Source of the DNA: Vicugna vicugna
Taxonomy: Eukaryota
Direction: 5' to 3'
NCBI GenBank assembly: GCA_013265495.1
Contig: MU057521.1
Span: 1,438,335 to 1,502,334, forward strand
Length of the DNA: 64,000 nucleotides
Shown one piece after another: positions 27,277 through 40,784 of this stretch (positions are counted from its first letter, which is position 1; each line of letters starts with the position of its first letter). A model generated the notes under the pieces. It had not been told where the DNA came from. It was given only the letters and a program-made list of their open reading frames with translations, and did not search any database. Made by a program: the position numbers and the translations under genes.

Positions 27277-27297
27277 GAAAAAAAAAATGATATTTCA

Positions 27298-28475
27298 GAG
27301 AGATCAATGGAATAGAAGTGAGAGTCCAGAAATAAACCCATACATTTATGGCTAATTGACAAGGATGCCAAGACAATAAAATGGGGAAAGAATAGTCTGA
27401 ACGAATGGTATTGGGACAACTGGAAATCCCCAAGCAAAAGAATGAGCTGAACCTCTATTTTACAGACTATACAAAAATTAACTAAAAATGGATCAAAGAC
27501 CTAAACTTAGAAGCTAAAACTATAACAGTCTTGGAAGAAAATATAGGAGTAAATCTATGAGATCTGAGACATGGCAATGGATTCTTAGAAATTATATAAA
27601 AGTACAAGCAACAAAAGGAAAAACAAATTGGACTTCATAAAAATTAAAAACTCCTGTGTATCAAAGGGTTATCAAGAAAGCGAAAAGACAACGTACACAA
27701 TGGGAGAAAATATTTGAAAAACATGTATTGGATAAGAGACTTGTATCCAGAACATATAAAGAACTCTTAGATGTGCAGGATTGCTGCACTTCTAAAGTCC
27801 ACACGAAATGCCAGCTGTACTCTCTGAGAAAACGAACAAAGTCCTATGTCTTAACAGTTACGCTCTTTTTGAAAGCTCTTTTGCTGTAAATATAAATAAC
27901 ACCATTTGAGAAATGAAAAACCTTTTATCTTACAAAATACACTTTGAATGATGGAAGGTTTCCTTTGTATTTTAAAACATTTTTATGGTTGATTGTTCAA
28001 ATATTGGCTTTCTGTAAAAACATCGTGTTAAATTTAGATTGTTTATAGTGCAATAAATAAATTCTGCTGCTTGGGCAGTTTTAATTACTACCTTTAAAAA
28101 AAAAAAAGAACCCTTAGAACTCAGCAACAGAACGGCAAACAACTGAATTTTAAAATGGGTGAAGAGTTTGAATAGACATTTCTCCAAAGATATAAAGGAC
28201 CAACACATGAAAAGATGCTCAACATCATTAGTCATTAAGGAAATGCAAATCAAAACCATAATGAGATATACTTCATACCCAGGAGGTTGGCTACAATTAG
28301 AAAATAAAATAGACAAAAATAACAAGTGTTGGTAAAGATGTGGAGAAATTCGAACCCTCATTCATTGCTGGTGGGAATGTAAAACGTTGCAGCCACTGTG
28401 GAAAACAGTTTGTCAGTTCCTCAAAAAGTGACACATAGAATTACCATATGATCAGCATCCTAGAACTGAAAATAG
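27298..28475 (+). mobile_element. L1 ORF2 3' portion (L1MB-like), interrupted by the retrocopy
   Basis: agatcaatggaatagaagtgagagtccagaaataaacc; aaaatggatcaaagacctaaac; ggaaatgcaaatcaaaacc; gcagccactgtggaaaacagttt. Confidence 0.9.
27772..28104 (+). pseudogene. Retroposed AT-rich 3'-UTR-like fragment inserted in L1
   Basis: Non-L1 sequence ending in AATAAATAAA (28052-28061) and poly(A). It is flanked by AAAGAACTCTTAGA (27758-27771) and AAAGAACCCTTAGA (28105-28118), and L1 sequence resumes after it. Confidence 0.75.
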
Positions 28476-29334
28476 GGACACCAATGACAACAGCCAGGCA
28501 CTCTCTTGCCTCTCTCCCAGTCACCTCTGTGGGGCTGCCTCCATGGGAAGGAGCTGCAGGCCCCACAAACCCAGATTAGTCCTTCAGATGCTAAGCCCGT
28601 CCTTGGGGGCCAGGAAACACAGGGCAGGGCTGACCTACCATTTACTAGAGCTTAGGCACAAGACACACGCCAGGGCACTTCCTGACCTCCCTGAGTCCCG
28701 CTCCTTGTGTTCCCCCAGACTTCCCCTGAGCAAGTCGTGGACATCATATCAGGACTGGCTACGTAATTCGTGGAGCCCAGTACCAAGTGAAATTGCCAGG
28801 ACCTCTGGGAAAAGATTAAGAATTTCAGGATTGGGATAGCAGGGCATCCTAACGAGTCTAGGGCTCCTCCTTTCTGAGCATGGTGTTCTGTCTGCACAGG
28901 TCATGTGCTCTGGTGGTACCCCATCCCTGCTCCTGTTTTCGGCTCCATTGTCCCTTACAGCACTACATAGACTCCCTCTCTGACAAAGGTGAATGCTTGT
29001 ATCCGGTCTGAGCTGCCTCGGGCCACTCAGCTGTCCCTGCAGAGCCATTTTCTGAAGCCAGATCAATTCAACGTCCTTCCAGCCTTTCCCCTCAGACCCA
29101 CTTCCTCACATTGCTTGGCACTCAGTTTGCCTGAGCCTTCAGTGGGCCCAGCAGAAACCTTGGCTGCCTCAAGAGCTCCTAGCAATGGGAGAGATGGGCC
29201 CTGGATGTGAGGTGACTAGGGAGAAGCATGCAAGACTGAGACCCTGAGGCAGTAGAGGGGGTCAGGCTGGGTGGTCTCTAAGTCCCCTTCAAGTTCTGGG
29301 AGTCTGTATTCAATCTAGGCTGACACGTAGTGTA

Positions 29335-29406
29335 CTTCTATTTTCACAGATGAGTAAACTGAGACTCAGAGAGGTTAAGTAACTTCAGCAAGGACACACA
29401 GCTGGT
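29335..29406 (-). mobile_element. MIR core
   Basis: ttttcacagatgagtaaactgagactcagagaggttaagtaac. Confidence 0.8.
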
Positions 29407-29548
29407 TTCCTGTTTCATTTCAAATATAAAGGGAACTTAGGAAAACTTAAGGCACATTTCTTTTACTTTTGATAACACTGGCTCATATCTTGTTACCTGC
29501 TAGGACTCTGTTAAGATCAGGACTTTTTGTAAATAGCTGTGCCGGCTA

Positions 29549-29591
29549 AGTTTCAGTTTCATTTCATTTCCTTTCTATCATTTAAGTTTCA
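29549..29591. promoter_or_regulatory. ISRE / IRF-binding motif cluster
   Basis: AGTTTCAGTTTC (29549-29560) fits the ISRE consensus AGTTTCNNTTTC. It is followed by ATTTCATTTCCTTTC and a second AGTTTCAG at 29585. Motif evidence only. Confidence 0.45.
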
Positions 29592-30749
29592 GTTCTGTTC
29601 TCAGGATATTCTCTTTCCCTTTTTAGTGGTATTATCTGATCCTGTTTATTGTAATTGTTCCTTTGTGCCCTTGAACCTGATTAAAATACACCAGTTATTC
29701 TACGGCAGATATTTCTAAACAAGAAGTTGAAACAGATTTAGAGCTTAGTGCCATGCACATTTATTCTAGCATTAAGTAAAATGCATTTACTTTATGGGTA
29801 CCATAAATTTGCCCAATAGCTGCTTCAGTATTTATGCATCCACAGCTTCGCTTACCCCATCTGTACATCCCTTGATATGGAAAGGCCACCAAGAGTCTCC
29901 AGCACCCTGACTGGCCCATCGTGAATGAACCACATCCAATATTTCTGCCTTTTCCAGAAGAAGGACTGATTGGGAACTTCCTATACAAGCTGGTATTCTG
30001 GCCACAAAGTGGAGGAGAGGAACCCGTGAATCTCTTCATTCACAGCTTATTCTCAACTGTATTGAAGCCAAACAGCCCAAGGGCTTCAAGGGACGACATG
30101 AACTGGAAAGTTTGAGGAAAGGACTCAAAATAGTGACCATGTGGTTAGAACACTCTTCAGACTTGACAGCACTTAGGGAAAAGGAAAGACTGAACTTCTG
30201 TTTAGACAACCACACATACTTCAGACACTAAATCACTAAGATAGCTAACCTCTAAAAAATTCCGGCTTGAAACTTAAAACCTTGATGCCCCCATATTTGA
30301 AAGTACATTGTTTTCCTTTCCAAAATTAATATCTGCTCTATTCTGACAATTTGGAAAACAGAAAAATGTTGAAAGAGAAAGAAAAAAATTCAAATTGCAA
30401 CTTTGCCATTGAAAGAAAACTCCTCTTAACATCTTCTAGTATTCTCCATTTCTTTTTTCTACTCATATTTTTGCATGTTGTTTTGATCATGCTATATGTA
30501 AAATTTTATATCCTGCTTTTTTCACTTACCATTATATTATAGCATTTCCCTGTGTGGATACAAATTTTACCAACAACATTTTTAATGGTTACATAATATT
30601 CTCTCATATGTATATAATGCATTTGTCCATTCACTTATATTTTGGAGATTGATATTACAAATTATCCTATTGTGAACATGTTTTTATATAAAAATTTTTT
30701 TCTTTATTTAGAATTATTTCCTTAGGCGTCCTTCCCAAAAATAGATATA

Positions 30750-31039
30750 CTGTTGGGCCTTCCCTGTCTGGGGTTCTGCATGTACAATTCAGCCAAACTC
30801 AGATCAAAAATATTTGGAAAAAAGAAATTCTAGAACGTTCCAAAAAACAGAACTTGAATTTGCTGTAGGCTGGCAATTATTTACATAGTATTTACACTTT
30901 ATTAGGCATTATAAGTAATCTAGACACGATTTAAAGTATATAGGAGGATGTGCACAGGTTAAAAGCAAACACTATGCCACTTTATATAAGGGACTTAAGC
31001 ATCCTCTGATTTTAGTATCTGAGGGGGTCCTGGAATCTG
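30750..31039. mobile_element. MER2-type Tigger (Tc1/mariner) MITE
   Basis: ttataagtaatctagacacgatttaaagtatataggaggatgtg...tatataagggacttaagcatcc...ggggtcctggaa. Confidence 0.85.
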
Positions 31040-33319
31040 TACTAATAGTACAAAAAATTTTAAGATTCTTGACACATTTTGTCAAGTTGTTTTACAAAAC
31101 AGTTGTAGCAGTTGACACTCTAAAATAGCCTATTCAATGTAAATGTTCATAGCAAAATCAGCTATTTCAAGTTGTGTGAAGCAAAAATCCCCTTAAAAGA
31201 AGTTTTCCACACATCTCATTTATGCAAAAATATCTTTTATGTTACCTATGTCTCTGAAAGGTTTTTAGCAGTTTGCTAATGTGACCATATTTGAATTTAA
31301 AAATCAAGCTTTCATCAGTTTATTTATGTGACATAGAGGCATAAAGAGAAGTATAAATTGTGGTCTACGTCCCAGACGATAGACAAGAATTATGTACAGA
31401 AACAACTGGGGGAGAGACAAGGTTGGTGGACTGGCTGGTAAAGGCTCCCACAGTTCAAAGGGAGTGAGACTCACAGGCACTAGAATGGGGAGACAGGTGA
31501 ATTATTTACCTCTGGAAGTGCTGGAATCTGGCACTGAAGCATGGTGAGGCCTAGATAAATACAGATGAGGTGAGGAGGGCTTTGTACACTGGGAAAACAG
31601 GATTTACAAAGATGGCTCGTCATAAATGTAAGAAAATGAGGAGACAGTAGGCTAAAATTTACAAGTGATGTCAGCTATTTTGTACAGTAAATTCTGGTGT
31701 TCCATTTCCTGATCTGTATTCAGAGAAGTCAATCCACATAAGCCCATCTGATGTTAGAGCTGGAAGGGATCTTAGCCCATCCCAGTATCTCCCATATTCT
31801 GCATTTTTTTTTGTAGAGGCTGAAACATATACTACATTTTTCAAAGGAGGAAGTGGACATTAGTGAAGAATTAGAAACTTTATGTCCTAATTCCAAGGAC
31901 AGTGCTATTTCTATGGGGTCCTATACTCAGGTACACCAGATGGGAATCTGACGGAGACCAGGTTTATTTAATGCCTTATGTTTATATGTTTACATGCACA
32001 CAGCATTCTTACAGAGCATGGAACAATAATGGGGGAGGGGGAGTAGCTGCCCGGTAGGAGGGATTATATAGATATGAAGAGGGGACTAAATTTCGAATAG
32101 CTTTACAGTTTAGTTCCATAGTTGTATTAGAATATTTTGTGTGGACTGAGTAAATGGTATAACTAACTATTGGAACTATTTGCATATTTAAGTATATTCA
32201 AAGAAAATCTCCACTATAATCATCATACAAATTAAACATTTTCTTTAACTCTTAATAGATGTCACTCTGCTAAATTTTATGAGGAATGCAATAAATAATA
32301 AGATGGAGGATGTAGCCCCAAGCAGCTCACAATTTAACTGAGAAAATGAGATGTAGAAATATATATCTACAAGTGTGCAAAATTAGTTGATACAGATAAC
32401 TTTTATCTGACTTCTATTGCTTATTCAGTGTCTTACAAAGAGTGGGTACTCAATATATATTTGCTAAATGAATAAATGAAGGAATGGAGAAAAGACCATT
32501 TCCAGGTGGGATAGTCAGGGGAGAGCTAAAAGAGTAAAGATTTGAGTTCAGTCCTTGAGAGTGGTTAAGATTTAGAAGAATGAGGAGATAAGGAACATTA
32601 CAGACAAGGAATGAAAGAGAATTCTAAAGTACCTATTCTTGACAAGTTAGATAAACATGCTCTCTGATGGCTAAAAATTGACTTTCCAAAATAGATAAAT
32701 ATGGTATAAGCAGGCATGTGAACATACATATAGCATAAAATCAACAGTCTACCCTCATCAAGAGGTCATTTTTAGGGCTAAGAGAAAATATATTCTAAAA
32801 GATTGCACTGAAAAATACATAAACTCTTTCCTCCAAAAAATAAACCCAGTGAAACAAAAAATACACCTTAAAAACTTTCCCCAGTTATATTACTATAAAC
32901 TAGAACAACCTGGAATGGAAAATATACTGTTTCCTGAAAGGTCTAAGGGATATTAATGATTAGTGATCACACATAGTCACAAAATACTGGTGGATGCTGA
33001 TTCTCTCCTGGTGTAAAAGGTATGTAAGTTCAGTTCTGGGTGATTGCATGGGGGCAAAGGTATTACAAATACACACAGCTCCCTCACTCTGCACACAAAA
33101 CCTTTGCTCCAAATAACCTTCTGCACCTTTTATACAGTAAAAGAATTATAGCTATTATTCTAGGCACTAGTCCCTAAAATATAAAGGCGTTCTTTTCTCT
33201 TTGATGAATTTTAAACTATGAGAAAGGACATGTACTATTCATATAAAGAGTTTTTGTTATATTTTTTCTTTGTTAAAAGCATTTATGGTTTTTTTTTTAG
33301 TGAAAGGGGCTTAATTATT

Positions 33320-34510
33320 ATTTAACCTAAACCCTAAAAGTTGTTTGCAGATATATGTAGATATATGATAGCATAGCGTAAAGGACAGGAGGTGGTGGGA
33401 GTGTTCACACTCCCTGTAAATGGTAAATGAACCTGTGTATGAACCTAAGAAGTGATAAATCAACCTATATATAACAAGGTTTCCACATTTTACATGAAGT
33501 GGAAACATTAACTAAAGTAGACTGAAAAGTTAAGGATGTATATTGTATCCTTATATAAATCACTGGGACAGGGGGAAAGGCAGGGACAGGATTGCCAGCA
33601 TGACCAAGGGAGAAGCATAGCAAATCTTCCTCCCCCCCCACAAAAAATGATAAAATTGGACAAAATTATTTTTGAAAAACCATTTCAGCACTTTGTAAGT
33701 TGACCAAAATCATACAACAAATTGAGAAGAAGTTATTCAAGATAAACTACTGACCTCAGTAAGATCAGAGAAGTCTGTGGCATTTTAACCTGGGGCTTCT
33801 CCCATCCACACCTAATGCCAGCTCCATGGAGAGGTTGTTCTGCCCAGGTAGAGTAGGTGATGGGAGGCAGCTGCCAGAGGGGGCTGAATCCAGCAACATA
33901 TAAAAAAATGACACTTTACAACCAAATGGGATTTATCCCAGGAGTGCAAGGTTGGTTCAACATCTAAATATCAATATAATATACTATATAATAGAATAAA
34001 GTATATAAACCACATGATCACCTCAAAAGACCCTGAAAAAGCACAGGACAATATCCAGTATCTATTCATGATTGAAAAAGAAAAACTCTCTGCAAACTAG
34101 GAATAGAAAGGAACTTCTACAATCTAATATAGGGCATCTATGAAAAATGTATAGCTTACATCAGACTCAACGATGAAATTCTGAATTTTTTCACTACTAA
34201 GATTGGGAATAAGGTAAGGATGTCTACTCTCATCATTTCTGTTCAACATTGTGCTAGATTTTCTAGCCAGTGCAAATGGGGAAGAAAAAAAAGGCATACT
34301 AATTAGAAAGGAAAAAGTAAAACTTGTCTTTATTCATAGACTCATGATCCTATATGTAGAAAACCTTAAAGAACACACTTACACACTCACACACACACAA
34401 CTACTAGAATGAGTAAGTCAGCAAGGTGAGGGATATAAGATTAACATACAAAAATCAATTGTATTTTTATATACCAGCAATGAACAATCAAAATATAAAT
34501 TTAAGAAATC
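33320..34510 (+). mobile_element. Composite old L1 fragments (inter-ORF, 5' and ORF2 RT pieces)
   Basis: gggatttatcccaggagtgcaaggttggttcaacatc; aaactaggaatagaaaggaactt; atacaaaaatcaattgtatttttatataccagcaatgaaca. Confidence 0.8.
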
Positions 34511-34827
34511 AATTTAGTCTTAAGTTAAAAAGTAGCACTCCCAAAACTACAGTGTAAAATATATACACTCTGGACAAATATACACACATATATATGTGCT
34601 CACTCACACAGCTACAATCCCCAGAGAATATTGGAAATGTATTATATAATAGTTACTGTAGGCAGTGGAATATGGCTCACTTAAAATTTTTAATTTTAAT
34701 CAAAATTTTTTAATTAATCAAATTTTTAGTAGTGAACATGTGTGGCTTTTATAGTCAGGAGACAAACAGCAAATTATTTTAAATTCTTTCAGTTCCTGAT
34801 TGAAAGTATTTCACATTATCTAGATGG

Positions 34828-35050
34828 TACAGTGGTTGAAAACAGTTTTGAGTGGCCAGCCAGGCTTTGTATCATGTCTCAGTCACCTTCTGGTATGAGA
34901 CCTGGGGGAAATGGCTTAACCTTTTAGTCTCATTTTGCTCATCTATAAAATGGCATATATCTGAAGAATGTTATGAAGATTAATAGAAGTTGTATAAATT
35001 GGCTAGTACAACAGCACACCATTCAGTACTTGGTAAATGTTCTTTATTAC
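34828..35050 (+). mobile_element. MIR SINE (decayed)
   Basis: ggcttaaccttttagtctcattttgctcatctataaaatgg core. Confidence 0.6.
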
Positions 35051-37439
35051 TGTTGCTGTAGCTCAGTTTAGAGAGACTTATGCTTTGCTGGGGAAAATGA
35101 TTCTTTTCCCCTGGCTGTTCTTTCTTTGCTCTGCCTGCTTTTTTCAAGTCATTAGCACAGGGAACACACTGGCCAATAAGATTAGGTGTAGCTGGAGATC
35201 ATCGTGGCAACTCTGCATTATTACTGCAGCTCTGTGTTTGAGTCATTCAGCCCTTAGGTCACTGCTCCAGTTCGTAGGCAGGATGTGCTAGAGGTGAGCT
35301 GTGATGCATACGTTGCCAGAGCTGTCCCAAATGAGGAGCAGCAGCTAGGATGAATCCACAGTATGGTTTCCTTCACTGCCATTGGATATCTAATGGTTGT
35401 GAGATCTTGCAGCCACAGGACTAGGTGTGGAAGCAGAAAGTGTGCTGGGGAGCGATGCTGAGAACTGATAGTGTGTATATGAGTGTTAACTTAGCACCAT
35501 ATAGTTATCTCCTCTAATGTGGCTGACTGCCTGAGTCACCAATTGTAGCCTAAGACTCCTCAGACATTAGAAGTCGGGAAATGACAATATAGTCAGAGTT
35601 CTTCTATTATTTCTAACCCTTCTACCTTCATCATCCAATGTCTTCTGATAGAACTGATAAACCTGAAATGGTTCTGTAGGTAATCCAGATTTCAGTAGCA
35701 CTAATGGCACACACCATGTGCTTGCTAACCTTACACAAGCACAGTTAAATCTGAAAAACTGTAGACCTGTGTAGATAGAATTTTAATGTCTGGACTTAGC
35801 TTACATTTCTGTAAAATAAAACTGTTCTCATGCCTTTTTCAATAGTGAGATATTTGAGACTTATGATGAAAAACTGTAAAGTAGTAGATGTTGACAGCAC
35901 ATTTTAAATACAAATATGGCATGCAGGAAAAATAAACTTTGACTTGAGGTTTAATAGCAAAATAAACATTTTTGAATAATTTCAAGTAGTCAGACCATAA
36001 ACCCAGTGTTCTGAAGTACAGATATGCTCTAAGATAAATGGGCAAGAGTACTGGTTATTTTAGGTTATATTTGCTTAACTGGTATCCACATGGTTCCATC
36101 ACAATCAGTTGATAAATAAAACAAGTATTTTTCTACATCATAAACAAACTGGATGCTTTAATTGGATAGTTTTAAAACAAACCAAAGAATTCCACCATTT
36201 ATTTTAGCATAATTTAAACTTAATTTTTGGTTTTAAATTTTTAAAAAATTAGTTAATATACATCAGTTGTTTATGGAGTTTAAGTAAAAGTCATTTAGTA
36301 TGTATTTTCCCCTTTACATAAAGGCTTGTAACCAGCCCTCTAAAGTTAGTAACATTTTATAGAGTTAAAAAATTTCTTCCAAATAGTTTCTTCCACCCTC
36401 AAGAAAGAATAGTATTCTTAAACTGGTTTGTTTGACTCTAAATGATTATTTAAGTTTACACAGTATGTAAATTAAAATTACAGAACCAGAACAGCAGGCT
36501 GTTCAAGGCACCATATATAGGCCAGGATCCAAGAAAGTGATCTTATTTGTTTACCCAAAGTTGATGAGATTCAGGGGGAGTGACCCTTCTAACTAAACTT
36601 ACAAGGGAGTGGTAAATCCGAATATCATTAGAGTTACTTCAATGTGGGCTATCCCTTTCTTGGGAGTGGGTTACGTATCTCCCATCTCCAGGGTATCCTG
36701 TTCTCAGCATTAAGTCCATGGGAAACTGAATTGTTAATCAAAAGGTTGTTGTATTCTTATCAGGATCACAGTGTGGAAATTGCATGGTCTCAGAGATTTT
36801 TCATGAGGGTGAGGGAAAAGCCCAAAGAACTAAGTCTTCTCCAGGAAGGAGTATGTCTTTCTATTGATGGAAAAATCATAGTTACCAGATACGATGGCTG
36901 TTTACACTGAAAGTCCTGCAACAACATCAACAAATAAATAGACTGCCCGTTTTCCCTACTTTAGATTACAGGCAGTCTCCTTAAATCACTTTTGAAAGGA
37001 GACTAGTACTTCACCGTGACTTCATGTAGTTAGGTTCCAGTGTAGTTATTGTGCACTCTTGTTCAGGAACAAGGTCTGAGGATGATCTTGCTTACATCTG
37101 GCTGTGTCCTTCAGAACACAGTGACAAACTCACTCTTAGGACACCTCATGACTCTGCAAGCCATTACAAGTTGATTCTAACCAGCTTCACTGTCTAATTT
37201 TTTGAAAGGTCAATATATTGAGGTAACAAATTTAGAAAACCCATTCTCCATTAAGCTTCTGTGTTCCTTTTACAAACGTTATTATTCTATTTTATATATA
37301 GTTTTAAGGGGACTTTGATTAATGTTTTGTCCCATTGACAAAACTGGTTAACTTTAAATGTACTCAACACCATCTACAAATTTAACATATTTTATTTTCT
37401 TACTCATCCTGTGGATGTGTATTTGTAGTCTCCATTTTT

Positions 37440-38450
37440 CCACTTCATTTGGAAAAAAAAAATTGCACCTACAAGAAAGGTGAAGAAGTACAATGTTCGC
37501 CCATATACCCTACATCTAGATTTGTCTGTTGTTAATATTTCATCAAATTTGCTTTATTTCTCTCTATATAATTTTAAGTTAAAAAATTAAGTTGTTGGTA
37601 TCATGACATTTCAGCCTTCAGTGCTTCAGCATGAACCAACTGAAACATCTTTCTATAAAATCACAACGTCATTACCTCACCGGAGAAATTTAGCACTGAT
37701 ACAGTAACCATATCTAATAGGAAGTCCATATTCAAATTTACCTAATTATTCCCAAAATGTCTTTTCGAGTTTTGTAAACCCAGAATCCAATCATAATTGA
37801 TTTCGTTGTCCAGTCTCTTTAGTTTTCTTTAAGCTAGAACAGTCCTCTGACTGTGTTTGCTTTCACGACATTGATAATTTTGATGATTCAGGCCAGTGTC
37901 TTCTATAATGTCCCCTGATCCAGATTTGTCCTATTTCCTCCGGATTAGACTCAGTGTAAATATTTTGGCAAGGATACTGCAAATAGTGTGTACTTCCAAT
38001 GACATCCATGACATATGGAGGAATATTAGGCTGTCTCATTATTGGTGATTGTTAAGGTGGAATCCATCAGATTTATCCGTGTTAAAGTACCATCCCCCTT
38101 TTAATTAAGCAAGGTGTTATTTAGAGGACCTGTGAATGTTTTGCTTCCCAACAATTTGCACCCAGTGGTGAAAATACCTGGATCGATGATTACATTTGGT
38201 GGTTGCAAAATGATACTTTCCTTCTAAAATTTTCAGCTGGCATTTTTCTATCCAGAAGAGTTTTCCCTGCACCCTCCTCCACCCTTTTCTTTGAGCATAC
38301 ATATGGACTTGGATTCTTTTTTATTCACTGGCTCTATCTTATTCTTTTTGATATTCAAATTCTGCTAGATTTGGCCAGGGGGAGCCCCTTCATGTTTTAT
38401 AGAATTTGGCTCATGTGTTCTTTTGACATAAACCAATCATTCTGGATTTC
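37440..38450 (-). mobile_element. Old L1 (L1MC/ME-like) 3' region
   Basis: gtccatattcaaattt, gctagaacagtcc, ggattagactcag, ttttggcaaggatac, agatttggccagggggagccccttca. Confidence 0.6.
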
Positions 38451-39504
38451 TGAATCAATTGGCAGGAAGTATGGGCGTTACTGGTTGGGTCACTGCTCAA
38501 GATCTATCCACAGAGCTGGCAAAGGTATCCCCCAAGCCACACATGGTCTTTGGGAAAGGGCTGAATACTTGAAAAAAACTCATGCTGCTTTTATGAAGGT
38601 GAAAGGATAAGAGATGGTGGGTTTAAGATGGGTTGACAATCAACAGCTCACCAGTAATTTGATGCTACCATATATTTAAAGAAGTACATGAATTCAGCAA
38701 ATTCCATTGCAGAGAACACTGCTGGAGCAGTGGTAATTTTTCCATCTAGCAAGCCAACCTTCCACAGGTCCTAGAAGGCAGTGTTGTCTTTTGGGGGAGA
38801 TAGCCCTTGCCTTTTTGAGCAGTGGGGCAAAGGTCTATTTCCAGAGGTACCAAAGAACCACACAAGTGCCCCAGGTCATCCAGTTCCTTAATTTCTAACA
38901 CAAACCAGTAGCCTGAGGATTTTCCAAACCAAACCACTTTAGAATCAAGTTAATTTCTGGACAGGCTTCAAAGATTGGTGAATTTCAGGGTTTCTCCAAA
39001 AGTTTTGATACACAAGTGGGAGAACTTGGGCAGCTTGGTCAATCTAAGTCCCTAAGAACCTTTCTAACAAGTGAACCACAACTCTAGGGAGACTGGGAAT
39101 TTTACCCAATGCTAGGCTTCCAGAAAAGGTGCCAAACACTAGAGTCGGGCATGGATTTCCTGCTGACCAATGAGCATACTGTCACAGTGTCAATACTGAG
39201 GATTTCTTTTTATATCAAATTTGTCATATTGGGTGTTTTTGTAAACCTTACAAAAATTTATTCTTTTAATTTTAAACATGCAATTATTTTTTCCTTGTTT
39301 ATCAATGAATAATTTACCTGTGTTTACAAGACCTTTAGACCAGCTTTTACTACAATCTCTAAAGACAATTTAATATTTAATTTCTCTTAAATGCATGATC
39401 TAACTAAAGGAAAATACGTGATCTAACTAAACAAAACTTTTTTCTGAGGTACCTTAAACTCATGACAATTTAAGTAATCAAAACTATAGACTGTAAGTGC
39501 AGTG

Positions 39505-39760
39505 ACACTGGACACATATTGGCTTCTTTCCCAGTATCCTTCCTCCTTTCCAACAGCCCAGGTTTCTTTGAGGGGATCCACTTGGTTCTGATTCCACCTC
39601 TTTGGCTCTAAGATTGATCAGAGATGGGCATGTGATCTAAGCCAATTCAGTTAGAATAAATGTCAGGACTAGCCTGCCAGTAATGGGATGCCTATGTTCT
39701 CTCTTCCCTGCTAGATGGGAAAAGGATTCAGGTGACCCCAGGAGCTGCTGACTGTTACTT
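39505..39760 (+). mobile_element. Old ERVL-type LTR fragment (LTR16/LTR33-like)
   Basis: gattgatcagagatgggcatgtgatctaagcc motif. The family assignment is tentative. Confidence 0.45.
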
Positions 39761-39781
39761 TTGGTTCCTGGTTCCTGGAGC

Positions 39782-39900
39782 ATTATTCATTCGTTTATTC
39801 AACAAACATTCAGTAACATCTACTGTGTCCCAGATGTAAAAACATAAAATTGAATAAGACACGGTCATTGATGTTAAGATATTTATATTCCAACAGAGGA
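39782..39900 (-). mobile_element. L2 3' end fragment
   Basis: attcattcgtttattcaacaaacatt...tactgtgtcccag. Confidence 0.65.
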
Positions 39901-40784
39901 AACAGGGAGGTGTAATGAGAGAGGGAGCAAATGTGTCAAGATTCACAAAAACTGGAACAACAAATTCTTGGTAAGGACCAGGTTAGCTGCTGCAGGATAT
40001 CATCTGAGGTAGAAGTGGCTGTATCTGGGCATCCTTTATGTGGACTTGATATCATTATCAGCCTGCCCTGAACCATCCAATTAACTGTGGTTTTAGTGAA
40101 ATTTCTTGCACTTAACTGAATTGCAAAAGGGTTGCGAAGTCTCCTCAATCCTCAACCACTGGCTGGTGTCTTAATCCAAAGTATAACCTTAATTTTAAAC
40201 CCAGTCTGATGGGTCCACATAAATATCTGGACAGTAATGTCAGTAATACCGTCTTGCATTGTAAAGAGGCAAATAAAATGAAGTATATTGAATATGCATT
40301 ATCTATCATCTAGCACTTTGTGTCCTTAAAGATGCCTTTTACAAGATATATCCATCTGAAAGATCTGGATACAAACACACACCTACGATTGCCACAGTAA
40401 TACTATTTGGCCCATTTGATTATACAGGGAATATATAAATACCAGCGAATCTAGAGCAGGTGTTCCCAAAAGGTGGAGCTGGAGGGAGGAATACTTTCTC
40501 TTATTAGACGTCTTATTGGAAGCATCTGGGTAGTTTTCCCAATAAACAAACCTATATCTCATCCTGGGATTTCCATCTGGGCCCTTCCCTGTTGTAGTAT
40601 ATCACTCTTACTGAAGGTTTTCTCTCTCTCACTTATGATAGGGTGGAAAAAACATTGAGGATGGTCTAGTGAGTTGCACTAAGGAAAAAGAGGGCTCTGA
40701 AACAATACGCTACAGCATAAATAGCAAATTGTCCAGCTGATGGAAAATAACCAGTCATTAAATCACCATGTATGTCATATATGT

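Noticed and set aside
27159..28475. U5-L1 chimeric retrotranscript
   Set aside because: The U5 copy has its own A-tail and degenerate direct repeats before L1 sequence begins, which favours independent events.
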